From: a virus
Taxonomy: Duplodnaviria; Caudoviricetes
Virus record (IMG/VR): IMGVR_UViG_3300037400_002156
Span: 32,001-96,000 of that record
DNA: 64,000 bases
Strand: one strand, 5' to 3'
In this document: in pieces, positions 59,403-64,000 of the stretch
Numbering within the stretch: the first letter of the stretch is position 1
Layout of the letters: every line of letters starts with the position of its first letter
Position numbers and translations under genes: made by a program
Notes under the pieces: model-generated
The model's database searches: none
The model's input: the letters and a program-made list of their open reading frames with translations, nothing else
Told to the model about the DNA's origin: nothing

Positions 59403-60095
59403 TTAGTGCCATACTACTGATATTCTGTTGTCCATATTGATATAAACAGTTCCATATTCTATATTACGTTTCTGACTATCTTCGTCCATTTTAATAATTA
59501 GTCCAACTGGCACATTCTCTTCTTTCTTTCTACGAATATTTATCGCTACAAAGTCTTTTGACTTTAAGAAATCTGAATTTTGTAGTTTGTATGGAAGATC
59601 ATATTTTGATGATTTAAATAATGCATCGTATAACTTACGTCTGTCATATATACACTGCTTTACTGTATATTCATTAAATAGCGTAATATATAGACGATAT
59701 TCGTTTACGGAAATATCCTCATTTATACCGTTAAATGCCGGTAAACAAGTCGCATCTATGACTCCACCAACACACTTACCAACATTACTATCTACCTGTT
59801 TAACACATTTTAATTTTTTGCTTTTCTTACATGGCGTAAAGTTATTTGAAACATTTATAATATGAGCTGGAAACCAGTCAGCAACACTATTAAGATCTTC
59901 ATTTGTATAATAGAATCTATTTTCTTTGCTTATAATGTTTCTAGAGCTTACGCTTGTAATACAAAATGGCTCATTTTCTTTAAAGCATTTACTAGAATTA
60001 TAGCACTCTACACCTTCTCTTAATGGCTCTTTAGAGTATACTTTATATTTACGATCTAATAACTCATTTATTTTATTGAATGATAATACTAGCAT
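59403..60095 (-). CDS. Hypothetical protein
   Basis: 230-aa ORF. Confidence 0.7.
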   Translation of the reverse strand: MLVLSFNKINELLDRKYKVYSKEPLREGVECYNSSKCFKENEPFCITSVSSRNIISKENRFYYTNEDLNSVADWFPAHIINVSNNFTPCKKSKKLKCVKQVDSNVGKCVGGVIDATCLPAFNGINEDISVNEYRLYITLFNEYTVKQCIYDRRKLYDALFKSSKYDLPYKLQNSDFLKSKDFVAINIRRKKEENVPVGLIIKMDEDSQKRNIEYGTVYINMDNRISVVWH

Positions 60096-60280
60096 AATAA
60101 ACTCTCGCTTAAATATATGTTAAAACATCTTCCTAATATTAATATTAGGAAGATGCAAAAGGAGCTTATAGTATGAACTCATTATCACTATGGATAACGG
60201 ACTTAATTCTAAACTTAAATCAGTAAAGAAGCAAATGATATCTCTTATATTATCACAACATTAGTGATATCACCAATCAG

Positions 60281-60562
60281 TCAAATATCTAGATATTTTC
60301 TACTATCTTTGAATATCACAAGATTCTCAAAATCAGGCGTAAACTTAAATTCTTGTTTAACATAAAAAGACCATGCAATTGGAAAGCTTTCTATATCCTC
60401 TAATATAGAATCAAGCTCGTTTACTTTTGCGTCTGCGATTGGCTTCTTATATGCATTTTCTGTAGCTATTTTTATTGCTGACTTAAATCTTGAGTATAAC
60501 TTACAAAGAATCTTATACTTTTCTTCATCAGATAAATTACATAAATTTAAGCTTTGATACAT
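60281..60562 (-). CDS. Hypothetical protein
   Basis: 93-aa ORF ending in TGA-CTG. Confidence 0.6.
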   Translation of the reverse strand: MYQSLNLCNLSDEEKYKILCKLYSRFKSAIKIATENAYKKPIADAKVNELDSILEDIESFPIAWSFYVKQEFKFTPDFENLVIFKDSRKYLDI

Positions 60563-61166
60563 TTGTTTGTTTCACTTCATTGAAGATGTTAAGCTTAGAA
60601 ATTGTTGCAGTTGCTTTATTAGAATGACTAAATTCAAATTCACAGTCATGATCAGCAAACCACACAATAATGTTTCCACTATCATCCTTTATTCGATATA
60701 GATAATATTTACTAGATCCGCTGTTGAACTTAGAAGTGCCTGATTTAACTAATTTATATTCTGCTATTGTAAAAGTTACTTTATCTCCCTCTTCACCTAA
60801 GAAATTAGATGATTTATCTGCATCATTCTTCACTTTATACGATCTGTATCTATCGTAAGATGCAAATGAACTAGCAATTAATCCGATTTTCATTTCATCT
60901 ATCGTAGGCTTGCATGCTTCAATACGTAAATTATCAAAATATTCTCCAGTCTGATGATCAATATCATTTATATAATTAAACCAACCAGACACTCTATCTT
61001 TAACATCTTCTAAATCTGAATCTGCTATAGAATTTAGTTCAATAGCATCTATTACTTTATCAGCAGTACATTCTACATTTGGATTATCAGATCTTTTAAT
61101 ATATCCTTCTTTATCAGTTAAATAAGCACTAATTCTTATTACATCTTTAGTAGAAATTTTAGACAT
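60537..61166 (-). CDS. Hypothetical protein with probable C-terminal OB-fold
   Basis: SNFLGEEGDKVTF...YLYRIKDDSGNIIVWF...KQTNVSK. Confidence 0.6.
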   Translation of the reverse strand: MSKISTKDVIRISAYLTDKEGYIKRSDNPNVECTADKVIDAIELNSIADSDLEDVKDRVSGWFNYINDIDHQTGEYFDNLRIEACKPTIDEMKIGLIASSFASYDRYRSYKVKNDADKSSNFLGEEGDKVTFTIAEYKLVKSGTSKFNSGSSKYYLYRIKDDSGNIIVWFADHDCEFEFSHSNKATATISKLNIFNEVKQTNVSKLKFM

Positions 61167-61269
61167 AGTATATCTCTAATAAATGTTTTGCTATATAGAC
61201 AGTAAATTATATTTACACAAAATAGTACATAAATGTAAAGCGGTATTCATATGAATACCGCTTATTTTA

Positions 61270-61476
61270 TTATTGCATATCTTTCAATGACGCTCCACTT
61301 TCTTTTATATATTCTGAAGAAAGACGAACTACATTAGTAAACTCATGAAAAGACATGCTATCACTTTCTGAGAAAGAAATACTAAGGTGTCTCGACAGGA
61401 ATATCTGGTTCTTTAACAGCGCCTGCCAAATTTCCCTTCTTGCTTGTAATGCCGAGAGACTTGCATTTTGTGGAGC
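61270..61476 (-). CDS. Frameshift-extension ORF of the gp26-like chaperone (gp51/T-like)
   Basis: Open +1 frame after TTT TTC: APQNASL...QIFLSRHLSISFSESDSMSFHEF...; no convincing independent start. Confidence 0.6.
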   Translation of the reverse strand, partial: APQNASLSALQARREIWQALLKNQIFLSRHLSISFSESDSMSFHEFTNVVRLSSEYIKESGASLKDMQ

Positions 61477-62188
61477 GAAAAAAGTCAGATCCAATGTCAA
61501 TATAAGTTGTAAATAGCTTATCACATTTAGAGCATTTAACTTCATGTGTCATCTTTACGCCAAATGAAGCTCCCATTTCAGAAAATGCATCATCAATATA
61601 AATAGCATCGCATGGATTAAGATTTTCATACCATTCTGCTTTTTCTACAATGTCTTTACCATCAACATCAATAAGTGAAACAGTAGTATAAATTTGTAAA
61701 AACTCAGACATTGGCTTTTTAAATTTACTTGCACGACGATCAGCTTCTTGTTTTGCTTTGTTAATATCTGCGCCAGTTGGAAAACGAATAGAAATTTCTT
61801 TTCCACATTTAGGTAACGTGATTGGAATAGGATATTTGTCTACATATAAATAATTAATCTCTAGATCTCCAAGATCCCAATCAAGATTTTCTATGCTATT
61901 ACATTCTGGGCATTTAATTTCCATTTTAATAATATTACCAAGAGTCATCTCACGAGTTTTAAATAAAATAGCAAGAATATCTTCTTGATGCATATCTTTC
62001 GCTTTAACTGGACAATCTACTAAGCAAGTGTCAACAAATTGGCGGATTCCGGTTTCGGATGCGTTCGCTGAGAGTAAATCTTTATATGACTTTGTAGTAA
62101 AAGGCTTAACTTTTACATTACCATCAAATTCTGGTAAACGATAAATTATTCCCCTTGAAGGTAGAAGTAACTCTTCTGTAAAAGACAT
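61382..62188 (-). CDS. T4 gp26-like baseplate hub / tail assembly chaperone
   Basis: LLLPSRG..Y, VKPFTTK, CPEC and CSKC, RFPTG, DFF near the end. Confidence 0.8.
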   Translation of the reverse strand: MSFTEELLLPSRGIIYRLPEFDGNVKVKPFTTKSYKDLLSANASETGIRQFVDTCLVDCPVKAKDMHQEDILAILFKTREMTLGNIIKMEIKCPECNSIENLDWDLGDLEINYLYVDKYPIPITLPKCGKEISIRFPTGADINKAKQEADRRASKFKKPMSEFLQIYTTVSLIDVDGKDIVEKAEWYENLNPCDAIYIDDAFSEMGASFGVKMTHEVKCSKCDKLFTTYIDIGSDFFRSTKCKSLGITSKKGNLAGAVKEPDIPVETP

Positions 62189-62297
62189 AACGTAAGCTCC
62201 TATAGCTAATTAAGTTAATAGACTAAATCATTTTAAATAGATATAATTTATATACACATTATGTATGTAAAATAAATAACTTTATTCTACTTTAGCA

Positions 62298-63146
62298 TTA
62301 TTTCCATTTAGCAATTACACCACGATCTCTGTAATATCTTACTTTTTCTTTAAACTCTTCCCATTTAGCATCACCTTTTTCAGGCGGCCACACAAACGGT
62401 TGTGGACATAACTTTCCTGTAGCCATGCAATGAGTTATTATATGTGAATCATCAATCTTATAAACATTTGCTAAATAAGCAACTGTCTTTGCAACATTTT
62501 CAATAGTCTCATCTTCAAAATACCAGTCAGTATCTGTTGCTTTTTTAGAAGCTGTGCTTTTCTTTTTAACACAGAAATCAATGCCAAGTGAATAATAGTT
62601 ACCTTTAAAATCATCACCTTCAGATTGCCATTTTAAATGGCTCTTTGCGGCAAGATCATATCTCCAGCCATTAGTTTTATAATTAGCAAGCTGCTCCAAT
62701 GTCATCTCTTTATCTTTCTTTGGTTGTTGAACTTTACCACCACACACATGCCAGGCCGCATACTTTAATGGAACAGCTGCATAAATGTCTTTTTCATCAA
62801 TATAGAAATGTGACGATGCACCTGTATTGTTTTTCATTGCTTTGCACATAGATTTTGCACTGACATTAGCGCATGCTGTGTAATGTACAACGATCCAAGT
62901 TGGTGGGTTACTGAATTTCTTTCCATGGGCATATTCATATATTGAATTATGAATAGTTATTTCAATAGGTTCTTTCTTTTCTGATTTAATCTCTTCAGTT
63001 TCAACTGCTATCGTAGGTTCTTCTGTTTTAGAAGATTCAAATAAATCTGCGTCAGAAGTAGCTGCACTCGTAACTTTCTTTTCTATTCTAATATCACCTA
63101 TAACTGATTTAAGCGCACATCCAATTTTACTACACCAATCAAACAT
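62298..63146 (-). CDS. N-acetylmuramoyl-L-alanine amidase (Amidase_2), endolysin-like
   Basis: IVVHYTA, ASSHFYID, AWHVC, SLGID, ITHC..TGKLCP. Confidence 0.9.
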   Translation of the reverse strand: MFDWCSKIGCALKSVIGDIRIEKKVTSAATSDADLFESSKTEEPTIAVETEEIKSEKKEPIEITIHNSIYEYAHGKKFSNPPTWIVVHYTACANVSAKSMCKAMKNNTGASSHFYIDEKDIYAAVPLKYAAWHVCGGKVQQPKKDKEMTLEQLANYKTNGWRYDLAAKSHLKWQSEGDDFKGNYYSLGIDFCVKKKSTASKKATDTDWYFEDETIENVAKTVAYLANVYKIDDSHIITHCMATGKLCPQPFVWPPEKGDAKWEEFKEKVRYYRDRGVIAKWK

Positions 63147-63222
63147 AATAAATTCTCCTAAAATAAAAGCTGTAAATATGGGTCTAATTTATAGATAACA
63201 TATTTACAGCTTTAATATTAAG

Positions 63223-64000
63223 TTACTTATTATCTCTGAATGATGTAACTAGTTTTGCTACTTCGTCTTTTATAGTTGCTAACACATCATCTTTATCATA
63301 GTTGTCCAACACTTTATTGATATACGCAGCAACTGTATTCATATCATCCTCTTTCATACCGATCGTTGTTAGAATAGAAGTACCTAATCTAATTCCAGAT
63401 GACTTAGATGGAGGTAATGGATCGTATGGGATTTGGTTTGCATTACATTCAATGCCAGCTTTTTCTAATGCAATAGCCGCTGTTTTTCCGTCAATTCCTT
63501 TTGAAGTTAAATCAACAACCATTAAATGCGAATCGGTACCACCAGATACTATCTCTAAACTGTACACATGCTGTAACACATCTGCAAGCTTTTTTGCATT
63601 CTTAATAACCTGTTCTGCATAATCTTTAAATTCTTCAGTTGTAGCTTCTTTTAATGCAACAGCAATTCCAGCAATATTATTCATATGCGGTCCACCCTGA
63701 CATCCACCAGGAAACACTGATCTGTCAATTTTCTTTGCAAACTCATTTCTACACAAAATAATAGCGCCTCTCGCTCCACGAAGAGTTTTATGTGTAGTCA
63801 TAGTAACTACATCAGCATATGGAACCGGTGAAGGATAAACACCACCAGCAATTAGTCCAGCAACGTGGGCTACGTCTGCAACAAAGTAGCATCCAGCTTT
63901 ATTTGAAATTTCTCTTAATCGTTTCCAGTCAAGAACTCTACTGTATGCAGTTGTTCCAATCAACATTATTTTTGGGTGAACATTGTATACAAAATCTTCA
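63223..64000 (-). CDS. glyA: Serine hydroxymethyltransferase (5' end outside the window)
   Basis: ADVAHVAGLIAGG, TTHKTLRGARG, QGGPHMN, SGGTDSH, SGIRLGT. Confidence 0.97.
   Translation of the reverse strand, partial: EDFVYNVHPKIMLIGTTAYSRVLDWKRLREISNKAGCYFVADVAHVAGLIAGGVYPSPVPYADVVTMTTHKTLRGARGAIILCRNEFAKKIDRSVFPGGCQGGPHMNNIAGIAVALKEATTEEFKDYAEQVIKNAKKLADVLQHVYSLEIVSGGTDSHLMVVDLTSKGIDGKTAAIALEKAGIECNANQIPYDPLPPSKSSGIRLGTSILTTIGMKEDDMNTVAAYINKVLDNYDKDDVLATIKDEVAKLVTSFRDNK

Noticed and set aside
559-63622. Short ORFs antisense to or nested in long genes (e.g. 559..756, 3666..3848, 20535..20909, 35795..36052, 50360..50704, 63302..63622)
   Set aside because: Shadow frames of well-supported genes, without RBS or motifs.
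1-64000. Genome-wide stop-codon reassignment (codes 4, 15 or 25)
   Set aside because: Long genes are intact in code 11. TGA is used in several ATGA overlaps and TAG ends many genes cleanly before an RBS or promoter. Only local read-through is proposed.

Overview
This 64 kb window comes from a large, AT-rich, T4-like (myovirus-type) bacteriophage genome. Almost all genes lie on the minus strand with AGGAG/GAGG ribosome-binding sites, and the genetic code is standard. All protein calls rest on motif recognition by eye; no database search was run. Head genes: portal, prohead protease, major capsid protein, core and neck proteins. Tail genes: two sheath paralogues, tube, fibres, fibre chaperone and a gp26-like chaperone. 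Replication and recombination genes: family-A DNA polymerase (partial), DnaB, SNF2 helicase, 5'-3' exonuclease, RecA/UvsX, a clamp-like protein, a split primase, a split SbcC plus SbcD, and HU. The window also holds an amidase, a deaminase, an ankyrin protein and glyA (partial). Most notable observations: (1) a 1.5 kb non-coding locus at about 52.2-53.7 kb with 8 x 12-bp repeats, an AT-only tract, two promoter-led structured RNA candidates and two degenerate tRNA-like elements; (2) a homing-endonuclease cassette inserted into the SNF2 helicase that supplies a replacement 5' end; (3) an IS607 tnpB stranded inside a homing-endonuclease gene, with tnpA fused to that gene's N-terminus; (4) protein-like extensions behind UGA stops in the portal and a tail fibre; (5) a probable +1/-2 frameshift at UUU-UUU-CGC; (6) a ribosomal L7/L12-like domain inside a tail fibre; (7) two promoter motifs that separate replication genes from virion genes.
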